Origin: Amoeboradix gromovi X-113
Lineage: Eukaryota; Fungi; Sanchytriomycota
Length of the DNA: 23,402 nt
Assembly: GCA_018985225.1 (NCBI GenBank)
Contig: JADGIF010000072.1
Location: 1 to 23,402 of the forward strand
Direction: 5' to 3'
Each line of letters opens with the position of its first letter. Position 1 is the first letter of the stretch. The translations under genes were made by a program, and so were the position numbers. The notes under the pieces were generated by a model. The model had not been told where the DNA came from. It did not search any database and was given only the letters and a program-made list of their open reading frames with translations. This document shows, in pieces, positions 1 to 9,600 of this stretch.

Positions 1-444
1 CAAAGACCTCATATATTCGAAAGAGATGCAGGGTCTTCTACTTTTATTTTAAAAAGAGGAATACAATCAATGAAAGAAAATTGGTATAATAGAAGATCTT
101 TTATTAATGATAGCATTTCCTGCGTATGGAGCATCTCCTTTAAAAACGAGTTAGTCTAGTTTTTATATTTGGTGTCCCAATTATAGAAAGGTCAGATTGG
201 CAAATAAAAGTGACAGTAGAGCTATTTCGCCTGATTTCTAGGCCGTGAATTGTGTGTTACCTTCGCGATAAATAGTCTAAATTTGCAATGTGTCCAAAAT
301 GGGGTGAGTTTAAAAAGTTGAGTTAAATTTAATAATATTTCGATCTTGTGTTCATAAAAATCTTCCCCTATTTTGTATCAGTGTGACCACGTGATGCAAA
401 CAAATGTACAAATAGGAGCGACAATTTATTGAGATTATATTTAG

Positions 445-885
445 ATGATGTTCTTAGCAATTCTATTTTCGTTTGTAATTCCCGGTCACGGTGGAATATC
501 CATTTCGGAACACTATCCAACAGTTCCAATTACTATCTTAAGTAGAGCTAGTTCTGGGACCAGTGAGGATGATGGAATATTGGCAAAATTCTACAGATAT
601 AAAGATCGATTGTATAACTTGGATACTAATATGTACGCGGAACATATAGGGGCACTCAATGCGCTGAAGGCCACTATTAATGAAGGGGATAAAATTGCAG
701 CTATTCTAGAAAAGTATATGGAAGATGATGAGATAACTTATGACGTTGATCCACTTTTTGAAAACTTAGCTTCTAAAACAGAAGAAATGAAAAAGTTTTT
801 GAACAAAATTAAGGAAGATAGCAATCCAGAGCGAGCAACTCGAAACGACAGTAACGGCTTGCTCTTTCACATAGAAGATATATGA
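445..885 (+). CDS. Small, probably secreted protein of unknown function (146 aa)
   Basis: ATG-started ORF with a hydrophobic signal-peptide-like N-terminus (MMFLAILFSFVIPGHG) followed by a charged helical region; no family recognised. Confidence 0.6.
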   Translation: MMFLAILFSFVIPGHGGISISEHYPTVPITILSRASSGTSEDDGILAKFYRYKDRLYNLDTNMYAEHIGALNALKATINEGDKIAAILEKYMEDDEITYDVDPLFENLASKTEEMKKFLNKIKEDSNPERATRNDSNGLLFHIEDI

Positions 886-1104
886 ACAATAATAAACTAA
901 TTAACTACTTTGAAGTCAAATTTACACAACAGTTTGTTTATCGATCTTAAAGTTATTGACTTTTATAATTGTCTGAATACTCTGCATTCATGTGCCAAAA
1001 TTTCTTGAATAAAGTTTCAAAATTAATCTTTGGCGTTGTATCCCGTTGTACACCCCCTTAGGAGAAATTGCACAGTCAAAGAGTTGTACTAATGAGGAGA
1101 AATC

Positions 1105-2352
1105 ATGAAGCGCAAGTCTGCTGGGTTATTGATAGACGACGAAGGTGGTGCTTCAAATTCTAAGACAATGTTTTTGCTAATAAAGGCATTCCTAGGTACA
1201 GGAATTATATTCTTGGGCAAGGCGTTCTATGTAGGCGGGATTGTTCCTTCTGTGGTTATGATTGCTTTTAGTGCTTTTATATCAAATGTAGCAGGTGTAT
1301 ACTTGGTCAAATCGGCGGCTGTTGTTTCTGGTACCTATCAGGACATAGCCGGGCATTTGTACGGTCCCAAATTCAAGAAACTGGTATTGACTAGTTTGGG
1401 AATTGGTCAGTTGTGCTATTCCATGACTTACGTACTCTTTATTGCGGGTAATGTGAAAGATCTTGTCAGCACAATGAGTAATTGTAAATATCAATTAAAC
1501 GAAGTCTCCGTTATTATTCTTGCTGAATTGGTGGTCTTTATTCCAATGATACTGATGAGAAATATGAAGAGCTTCTCCAATTTTGCCCTTGCCGGTAACG
1601 CCACTGCACTGTGTGCTGTTGCTTACATTTTATACAACGACTTTGTCCAGTTTGGGAATGGTAAAATTGAGCCTAGATTATTTACGGACTTCTCTGGTGT
1701 TATTATGATCTTCAATATTTCTATTATGGCTTATTCTGGAATTGGTTTACTAATTCCAATTAGACAGGCAATGGCCACTCCAAAAGCAATGCCAAAATTA
1801 ATAACTGTTGCGTTGATTATTATGTTTTTGTTGTACACACTAGTTGGTGGGTTGTCTGCTCTGGCATATGGTAAATCGATTGAAACTATAATTTTATTAA
1901 ACATGCCCTCCGGAATAATACTTCAGATTCTGCAAATTGGTTACGTTTTCGCGATCACTGTTAGTGTGCCTTTACAGATGTTTCCTGCTTTTGAGATATT
2001 CGAAGCCAATATATTCCCGAATCCACAGTTGGGTCAAAAGTCTACTAATATGCAAGAACTGCAAAGATCCATATTGAGGGTAGTTATCATGGCAATTACA
2101 TGCCTGATTGCATATATGTTTTCCAATGTGCTTGATTTGTTCGTTAGCTTGGTAGGTGCGTTTATCTGCATACCTTCAACGTTTCTTTATCCACCCTTGT
2201 TGTATTTGAAAGCATCGAAAACTAAGGGAGTTGGGCCAAAGTTGATGATTGGATTTGCTCTTATAGCTATGGTGGTATCAACAGGGATGACGGTTATGAG
2301 TATCATTTCAGGTCACAAAGACGAGCAAGTCAACAGATGTATCGCACAATAA
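1105..2352 (+). CDS. Amino-acid transporter, Aa_trans/AAAP family (AVT3/AVT4, SLC36-like)
   Basis: 415 aa with roughly 11 hydrophobic segments; TM1 motif LLIKAFLGTGIIFLGKAF, IGLLIPI..AM..PK, LAYG..IETIILLNMP, PLQMFPA, LDLFVSLVGAFICIP. An in-frame TGA at 1093-1095 supports the ATG at 1105. Confidence 0.92.
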   Translation: MKRKSAGLLIDDEGGASNSKTMFLLIKAFLGTGIIFLGKAFYVGGIVPSVVMIAFSAFISNVAGVYLVKSAAVVSGTYQDIAGHLYGPKFKKLVLTSLGIGQLCYSMTYVLFIAGNVKDLVSTMSNCKYQLNEVSVIILAELVVFIPMILMRNMKSFSNFALAGNATALCAVAYILYNDFVQFGNGKIEPRLFTDFSGVIMIFNISIMAYSGIGLLIPIRQAMATPKAMPKLITVALIIMFLLYTLVGGLSALAYGKSIETIILLNMPSGIILQILQIGYVFAITVSVPLQMFPAFEIFEANIFPNPQLGQKSTNMQELQRSILRVVIMAITCLIAYMFSNVLDLFVSLVGAFICIPSTFLYPPLLYLKASKTKGVGPKLMIGFALIAMVVSTGMTVMSIISGHKDEQVNRCIAQ

Positions 2353-2433
2353 AATTTTAGTCTCACTTTTAACTTCCCGATTTCTCGTGCTAGAATCATT
2401 CTTACAAGTCTTACTTTAGAATATCATACGTTT

Positions 2434-2600
2434 GTATTTCATTGTAGTGTTCTCCTCATTAAAAGTCTGATTTCCGAGAAAATCGGGAATTTCCACAGAG
2501 AAACTAATGCTAGTTTCTCCGTTACAGTGATCGCTCACGCTTTCACTACCCTGAGGTGGGATTGAATAAGGATGCATATACTTGATGTATACGTTCCTTG
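2434..2600 (-). ncRNA. Predicted omegaRNA (scaffold plus ~20-nt guide) of copy A; 5' limit is approximate
   Basis: Hairpins at 2575-2593, 2526-2547 and 2498-2519 are kept in copy B. Loop CCUCA (2556-2552) is complementary to terminal UGAGG (2458-2454). The sequence diverges from copy B 3 nt further on. Expression is not shown. Confidence 0.6.
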
Positions 2601-2704
2601 CTGTCATATGATCTCTATCTATCTTCAAATGACACTTTTTACAGGTTCAGGTTTCTAAATTAGTTTTCTTTAAAGTACCACACCTCGTACATGGCATCGA
2701 ATTT
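2454..2704 (-). mobile_element. Fanzor2/IS607-TnpB-like 3' fragment with right end (copy A), non-autonomous relic
   Basis: Minus-strand translation NSMPCTRCGTLKKTNLET*TCKKCHLKIDRDHMTARNVYIKY matches the TnpB/Fanzor zinc ribbon plus RuvC-III (DRDxNAARNI consensus). In-frame TGA at 2649-2647. 2451-2693 aligns to 23086-23332 with 19 mismatches and 4 gap nt. Confidence 0.9.
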
Positions 2705-2816
2705 GTTCCATGGTGCCATGTGGTCCATGTCCACTTCGAAATGACACTATGTACATGAATAGCTCTCCAAATTGGTTTTCTTTAGAGTGCCACATATTGT
2801 ACATGGCATCGAATTT
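2705..2816 (-). pseudogene. Second, divergent TnpB/Fanzor zinc-ribbon/RuvC-III fragment (copy C), tandem to copy A
   Basis: NSMPCTICGTLKKTNLESYSCT*CHFEVDMDHMAPWN; ungapped 112-bp alignment to 2593-2704 with 84/112 identity; TAG at 2749-2747. Confidence 0.85.
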
Positions 2817-3067
2817 CCGTGTTTGGACTAGCTTATCAGTCTGAGACGAATGTATGCTGTACCTGTTAATTATTTATTTAGAATTGATTTACCGTTTGCG
2901 AAAAGGAAGAATATCGTGTGTTTAAGCTATTAGAAAAATCTGGAAAAGTCTTGAAATGATACAAAAATATATACAAACTCGCGATAAATGATTTATTCAA
3001 GAAAACAATCGAGCTGCTAATATTGTGGAGGATGTGATTTTATTTGTACGGGGTAAAACTCGGTTTG

Positions 3068-3988
3068 ATGCTAATTGCTGGCAAATATCGGTTGGGAAGA
3101 AAACTCGGAAGTGGGTCCTTTGGTGAAATCTACCTCGGGACCAACGTAGTCACAGGTGAAGAAGTAGCAATAAAAATGGAAAGTGTTAGAGCCAGACATC
3201 CACAACTAGAATATGAAGCCCGAGTTTATCGTTCTTTAGCTGGTGGCGTTGGAATACCTTTTGTTCGCTGGTATGGTCAAGAAGGCGAGTACAATGCTAT
3301 GGTAATTGACCTATTAGGTCCCAGTTTGGAAGATTTGTTTAATTATTGTAATCGTAAATTTTCTCTGAAAACTGTGTTGCTCTTAGCAGATCAAATGATC
3401 AGCAGAGTTGAATATATACATTCTAAAAACTTCATTCATAGAGATATAAAGCCTGACAATTTCTTGATGGGTCTTGGTAGGCGTGCTAATTTAGTCAACT
3501 TGATTGATTTTGGTTTAGCTAAGAAGTATAGAGATCCCAGAACTCATTTGCACATTCCTTATAGAGAAAATAAAAATCTAACAGGCACTGCTCGTTATGC
3601 TTCTATTAATACCCATTTAGGGGTCGAACAAGCTCGTAGGGATGACATGGAATCTTTAGGATATATGATGATGTACTTTTGTAGAGGTTCCCTTCCTTGG
3701 CAAGGACTAAAAGCAGCCACCAAAAAACAAAAATACGACAGAATAATGGAAAAGAAGATGACCACTCCGACCGAAGTCCTTTGTCGTGGTTTTCCCAAAG
3801 AGTTCACGGTCTACTTGAATTATTGTAAAGGATTGCGATTCGATGATCGCCCTGATTATGCTTATCTGCGTAGATTATTCAGGGAATTGTTTATTAAAGA
3901 AGGGTTTAGCTATGACTACATATTCGATTGGACTATAATTAAGAATGAAAAGGATGGCCAAGTATCATCCAAGGCACAGCAAGAGTAA
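3068..3988 (+). CDS. HRR25: Casein kinase I, Hrr25/Hhp1 (CK1 delta/epsilon) type
   Basis: [78 protein letters not shown]. First ATG is at 3068; the track start at 3044 is a TTG. The last codons may change through a possible 19-nt intron at 3985-4003. Confidence 0.95.
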   Translation: MLIAGKYRLGRKLGSGSFGEIYLGTNVVTGEEVAIKMESVRARHPQLEYEARVYRSLAGGVGIPFVRWYGQEGEYNAMVIDLLGPSLEDLFNYCNRKFSLKTVLLLADQMISRVEYIHSKNFIHRDIKPDNFLMGLGRRANLVNLIDFGLAKKYRDPRTHLHIPYRENKNLTGTARYASINTHLGVEQARRDDMESLGYMMMYFCRGSLPWQGLKAATKKQKYDRIMEKKMTTPTEVLCRGFPKEFTVYLNYCKGLRFDDRPDYAYLRRLFRELFIKEGFSYDYIFDWTIIKNEKDGQVSSKAQQE

Positions 3989-4130
3989 ACCCGACTAACT
4001 TAGTGAGTAAGAAAACAATAAATATTATATTCCAATTCTCTACCAGTTTTTGAGGCGACATTTTAAATAGGACTTGTGTACCATGTAAGCACATTAGCTG
4101 CGATACTATTAAAATGCCAATTTATTAATC

Positions 4131-6025
4131 TCAGTTTTTAAAAATGGAATCCAAAAATGACTTGTAGTCATATCCGCCATCAACTTGCGGCATCTTACTC
4201 TTCAAATATGCCAACGTCTGAGGTTCCAATCTTGCCAACAACAAATCGTGCTCCGTTAAGTAAGCCTTGCCATTAGCGATTCCAGCAAACGCATCTCGTA
4301 ACTGACTTGGAGAAGTACGATCTTCCATGGTAGATTTCATGTATAATGAGAACTATGTTAAATATAGAATACCTGATTAAAGTTCATGGTTTCATTACCT
4401 TGACTCAACTCCTTGAAAAGCTTCTCAGGATCTGCTACTTGCTGACCTAACCCAGTTAATCCTCCTTTAAATTCTGCAAGTGTTAACGAATTTGAGCTGT
4501 CTTTGTCAAAATGTCTAAATGTCTTATCAATCTCTTCCAACTGCTGCGGAGTTAATCCAGACATGTTCTTCTTGGCGACAATCTGGTTTTCAATAAAGCT
4601 AGCCTTCTTTTTAATAACAAGTGTCAATAACTGCACATCAAAATGTAGATCGTCTACGCTATAAACTGTATAGTCATTCTCAGTGACATTAGCAGCTAAG
4701 CACTCTCTCTCTACTTGGTCCGCTTCCTGTAATCTTAAACTGACCTGTGCCAAATGTTCAGATAACTGAGTTACATTAGATTGCTGATCTTCTAAGCTAC
4801 CATTTAAGTTAGCAATATCGTTAGAAATTCGATCGATAGATTCCACTAATGAGTGCGCTACCTTTGCAAACTTTTGTTGCAAGTTATCCTTGATTTCCTT
4901 GATCTTGCTGTTAATTGTTGATTTACGGATTTTTTCATTCTTAACTAGATCACCCCATTGAGCATCCAAATCATTAAGACTACATCCATCAGGTGGCGAA
5001 TATGCTGGCAATTCGTATGTCTGTAATTTGGTCTGGATGTTAGCTAGTAGAGTATCCAGTTCTCGCTTCTCGCTCATCCATTCACGCTTTTCATGCGATT
5101 TGAAATATTGGAATTGGTCAGAATGCTGACGAGCATCCTCATAAGTACCCGTAAATACAGCAGACTTCCAATAAGATGTCTTGGACTTGAGACTATCTGT
5201 TAACAGTAAGCATCGGCGTTCATAATCATGTTCCATGTTCCAAGCGGTGCTTAACAAATCAGCAAACTTACCAACACGACGACCGCTTACTTCAACCTTG
5301 TCCATAACACTAAAAGCGTGAAAGTATTGAGCAACGTATGTCATGACTGATTTCTCATCAGGTTTTGCTAAATCAATTATGTCCTCAGGGTCCAATAGTC
5401 TTGCAATGTTTAATTTTGTATCAGCAACGCTGAATGCCAGTTCCATGTTTGCGTGTCTGTCCTTTTTGTTAAGCGAGTTGAAATCCAATAAATCCGGACG
5501 ATGACGGTGAATCAGAGCACAAAAAGCTAAACCGTCTTGCCATGAAAATGAAAACTCTTTAATATTAACTTCAGGTTGGTATGACTGAGTTTTACGTTGG
5601 CACCATAATAGCAGACCCTCCTTGGCACTCAAACCTTCTTCTGAGATGTCTGCGATCGAGAATCTAAGAATAATTGTCCAAATTAAACCCATAACCAGCT
5701 TCTCATTACCATCCATTATGTCTTCGGCACCAATATTTGTAATCGGAACATTTCTCGACTTGATGTATGCCAAGGCCAAATTCAAATTTTCAACTTTTTG
5801 GATTCTCATCTTAGGCGTCTTGTTAAACTTACCCAACTTTTCATCTCCAATGATTTCCAATAACTCAATCAACTTCACTCCATCTGCTATGTCTACTACG
5901 AGATCGTTAATCTTCAACTTCTGCATCTGTAATTTACTGTTGACCCACTTTGTAAATGTCTTCTTTTGAACATCCTGCCATTTTCTATCCATTACTCTTG
6001 AGCTGTCTACTACATGTTGATCCAT
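4131..6025 (-). CDS. ain1: Alpha-actinin, short fungal type; join(6025..4373, 4352..4131), about 624 aa
   Basis: CH1 (QKKTFTKWVNSKL, IGAEDIMDGNEKLVMGLIWTIILRF), CH2 (SAKEGLLLWCQRKT, DGLAFCALIHRHRPDL, KPDEKSVMTYVAQYFHAF), a short spectrin-repeat rod and an EF-hand (FDKDSSNSLTLAEF). The C-terminal EF region (QLRDAF...KAYLT...YDYKSF) lies in ORF 4131-4340 and is joined by a 20-nt intron. First ATG at 6025. Confidence 0.93.
4353..4372 (-). other. 20-nt spliceosomal intron in alpha-actinin
   Basis: CAG|GTATTCTATATTTAACATAG|TTC. GT-AG ends and a TTAAC branch-like motif; removal restores the frame (MNFNQ-FSLYMKSTMED). Confidence 0.8.
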
Positions 6026-6662
6026 ATTTAGAGAGACTGTTTCAGAGATATTACGTCCATGACTGCATTGACCTGTCCCTGTGACCAATCAGTAATCAAA
6101 ACGTCGTTTGAAAAACAAAAAAAGAGACATCAACTTTAAGATTAAGACCACGTATTTGCAGCAATAGGTTTCTTGTAATTTAGAACAATTAATTAATCTA
6201 ACTCGATTTATCACTAAGCAGGACGATTCCGAATTATGCAATCAATTCATCCTTGGCAAATGCAAGATCATGAATAAGGATGGTTTCACTAAATTTGTGG
6301 AAAAAGGGTAGCGGCCCTAGTAAATAATTTTATTGTCAGATACAATGATTTGTGAAAATACAAAAGTTATTAATTCATTGCACCACAATGATGAAACCCG
6401 AATAAGAGCGAAAGCACTAGCCCATACAGCTTATTGGACTCTAAAAGCTTCAAAGAGGATATGCTAAACCGTTCCAATCATTGCAGGTCTTTCTAAAAAT
6501 GTTGAAAGAACAATTTGGCAAACAAGAAGTGATAGTGGAACTCATTCGCACAAGCAAAATGGTATAGAATTTGGGACAATGCTACAAAATCTAGACAAAG
6601 TTATTCGGAAGTGGGTGTCTCATACAAATCACCAATATCGCTTTAAAGTGCAATACATTGAT

Positions 6663-9600
6663 TTATTGTGATAACAACATTGCTACTCCTCCCAATATCC
6701 ACTTATTGATAACGTCCTTTGATTTCAGATTCAATGTCCATATATATGTCGGCCCACGTTGCTTTGTTTTGTAAATCGGGCAAGGATACCCGTTCATATC
6801 TGCCTTGTCAACTGTCACTGCTTTCACATGTATGACTGGCATTTGGAAGTATAATTCTTTCATTCTAGAGTCCGTTAACCCGTTCTCATACCGCGCCCCT
6901 TCCAAATACAGTCCATCCATGTAAATTCCGTCTCTAGGGCCCTGTATTATTTCCTCTCTTGTCTTCTTCAACACTTCAATGTTCAACGTCATTTTATCTA
7001 ATGGCCATTCATTTCTCCGTGCGGTTGTTTGCATTACAGCTGTTAAAAACGCCTGTGGATTAAATAGCCATGACAAATTAACACATATTGGTACGTTAAA
7101 GTCAGAAATCCAACCTTCTAGCTGTTTGTATCTATTTAACAAATCAACAAACCATAAATTTAAACTGTTTGATGATGGATAAGTCATTTTTATCCAATTC
7201 TCTGGTATTTTGTTGAGATGCAATGATTGCATCATTTGTTCCATTAGGTCAGTAGTGCTCAAGTCTCCGTTAAGTCCCAACAACAATTCTATCAGCGATC
7301 TCTTCATTTCTGTTAATATTTTTGACATTCTATCGCATTCCTGCAGACATACACTCGTAAACGGAGTTTTATCCTCTATTTTAGCACTCATGTCTCCAAA
7401 CACTTCCGGTATTAGCACGATCATCTCTTCTATCATTACACGCAACAGCTCTTCCTTACTAACTTTGCCTTGGCCTAATGATTCTTTTGGTTGTAATTCC
7501 ATCATCGTCATAAAAAGCTTTTCACTTGTTATAGTCTGTACACTAATCTCCGCATTAGGATGCATGCCATACAGTAGGGGATTCTCTAACGGCAAATTTT
7601 CATCTATGTATCTATGGTATTCATTGTAGTCTAAACTGGGTGGAGCATTAAAATTCGCGCAGTAAAGCAATGAAGTGTCAAACAGTTCTTCACGTACGTA
7701 TACCTGCAGATATGTAGCACATAGTCTGCGATCTAAATCATCACTTATATGTCCGCCATACATAATCTCTCCAAATATGTATCTGATGTCATCCCACGGA
7801 ATCTTCGAAAACGACTCCAAATAATTGAACAAGACATCTACACTTATAGTCAAGTCTCCGTTATTAAAAGGGTAGCTTCTGTTCCATCCAATAGCTCCAA
7901 ATTTCTTACGTTCTACCACCACTGCATGAAAGTAACATAACGCAAATAATATTGACTTAAATTCTAATTCTTTGCTGCACTTGTCCAATATTTCCTGATC
8001 AAAGTTGTCCAACGCCTTGTGTAAATTAGCCTTCATCCCAGTTGGTGCTTCATTTGTTATTTTGATACTCTGCTGCAAGATAGAGGTAGGTATTATGTGA
8101 TATAATGGATCACCCGCCGGCTCAGCGCTAAGAAACAATCTAAAATTAACATTTATATCCAAGCGGAATATTTCCTCCATTTTCTTTTCCAGTGTCGGTA
8201 GCCACTTTGCAACTAAATGGATGTTTTGCAGCATCACCCATCCACCTTGGACTATAGCAATATCCAAGGCTCTTTCTGCTACTATTTCTTGTCCTTGTCC
8301 AAGCGATATATTATAAAAGTTGTTTAATTCTGTTGATATACCCAAAGTTTTTCCAATCTGCTCTACATCTTTCACAGGATCTACACCAGGACTCAATATA
8401 AAAAATATTGGAATGTATGCACTGCTTTCTTGGAATGTTGCGCCAAATGGTGTTCTATTGCCATTTACATATCGGTCTCCAATTTTAGTCGAAATAAACT
8501 GCCTCAAACCATACAATATCCTATCTGGTCTTAAGGCTCTAAGTATACACAATTGCTGGATTGCTGTTCTGTTCTTCCACTCCGATGGTAACTTTTCATT
8601 CTCTGGCTGCTCTAATTCACAATATTTCTTCCATCTCTTATTACTTTGTTCCAAATCATTACAGAGTTCTTTCAAGGCATCTATCTTAGTGAGCGCCTTT
8701 AGCGTTTGCCATTGGCCATCATTGATCCATTCAATTGGACATGTTGACACTTGGCGAGGACATCTTAACAAGTAATCTAAATCCACTGCATCTATTTCTT
8801 GCTCTTTAAGCATTATGTTGAACACCAACTGGCTAACAAATATTAATTTGTCATTCTCAAACAAGCCCCGGCTAGTAGAACTAAACACTTCAAAAGTAAT
8901 GCATTCAATTAAACACTTGACTCTATCCTTTACTTCTTCGGCTGTTTCTGCTTTGCTAATGGCTCTGAAAAAGACGTTTTTAAACGATTTTAAACTATAT
9001 TGATACATTGGGTGAATTACCCACATAGAGTTTAACAGAAAGTATAACATACTACTTCGATCCGCAACAGGCCTGTATATCTCCCTTATTTCATTGATTC
9101 TGATCTCGGTTTTAAAAGCTTCCTTGACTTTGAATTCAATTTCAATAGCAGTCCTTTTAGTAGATTCCAGATTCTCTACAAGTGTGGTGTCTCCTAAAAA
9201 ATTTCCCTGAGCACTGCTCAACTTGAACAGCAAATTGTCCTCCAATTCTAGCAGTTTTATTTTAAACTCATTCTGCTGTCGAGTCAGTTCGGCCCTACTT
9301 TTTTCCAACTCACTGCGCTCAACATTAACGACATCAGCTAATAACTGATCTTCTAATCCTTGTATAGTGACTGTAAAGTTTATAATACAAGTCTGTGCTT
9401 GTACTTCTGGAGTGTAATGGGGATTAGGCAGTCTAGTTTGCAAAATCAATTTAAACTTAGAATGAATCTCAACGTCCTTGTCACCCAATAAATAGTACTT
9501 GTTTTTTTTAATCTTGTTATTGCTAATGATGTTGTCTAATATGGGGTCTAATTGTTCACTGACATCTTCTAAAATACAGGTTAATCCCTCGCTAATACAC

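Noticed and set aside
388-395. CACGTGAT E-box/Cbf1-like site upstream of the secreted protein gene
   Set aside because: Single short motif; cannot be supported from sequence alone.
1090-1101. TAATGAGGAGAA, a 12-bp inverted match to 2450-2461, as TIRs around the transporter or as a target site
   Set aside because: No further extension, no target-site duplication seen, and only 4 nt of guide match.
2416-2628. 70-aa ORF as a functional gene
   Set aside because: TTG start downstream of a premature stop; it is the Fanzor relic running into the flank after a 1-nt deletion relative to copy B.
2593-2816. CRISPR array interpretation of the 112-bp tandem
   Set aside because: Only two units, homologous along their whole length, with no unique spacers.
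6271-6282. TGAATAAGGATG, identical to part of the Fanzor repeat
   Set aside because: Isolated 12-mer with no flanking homology.
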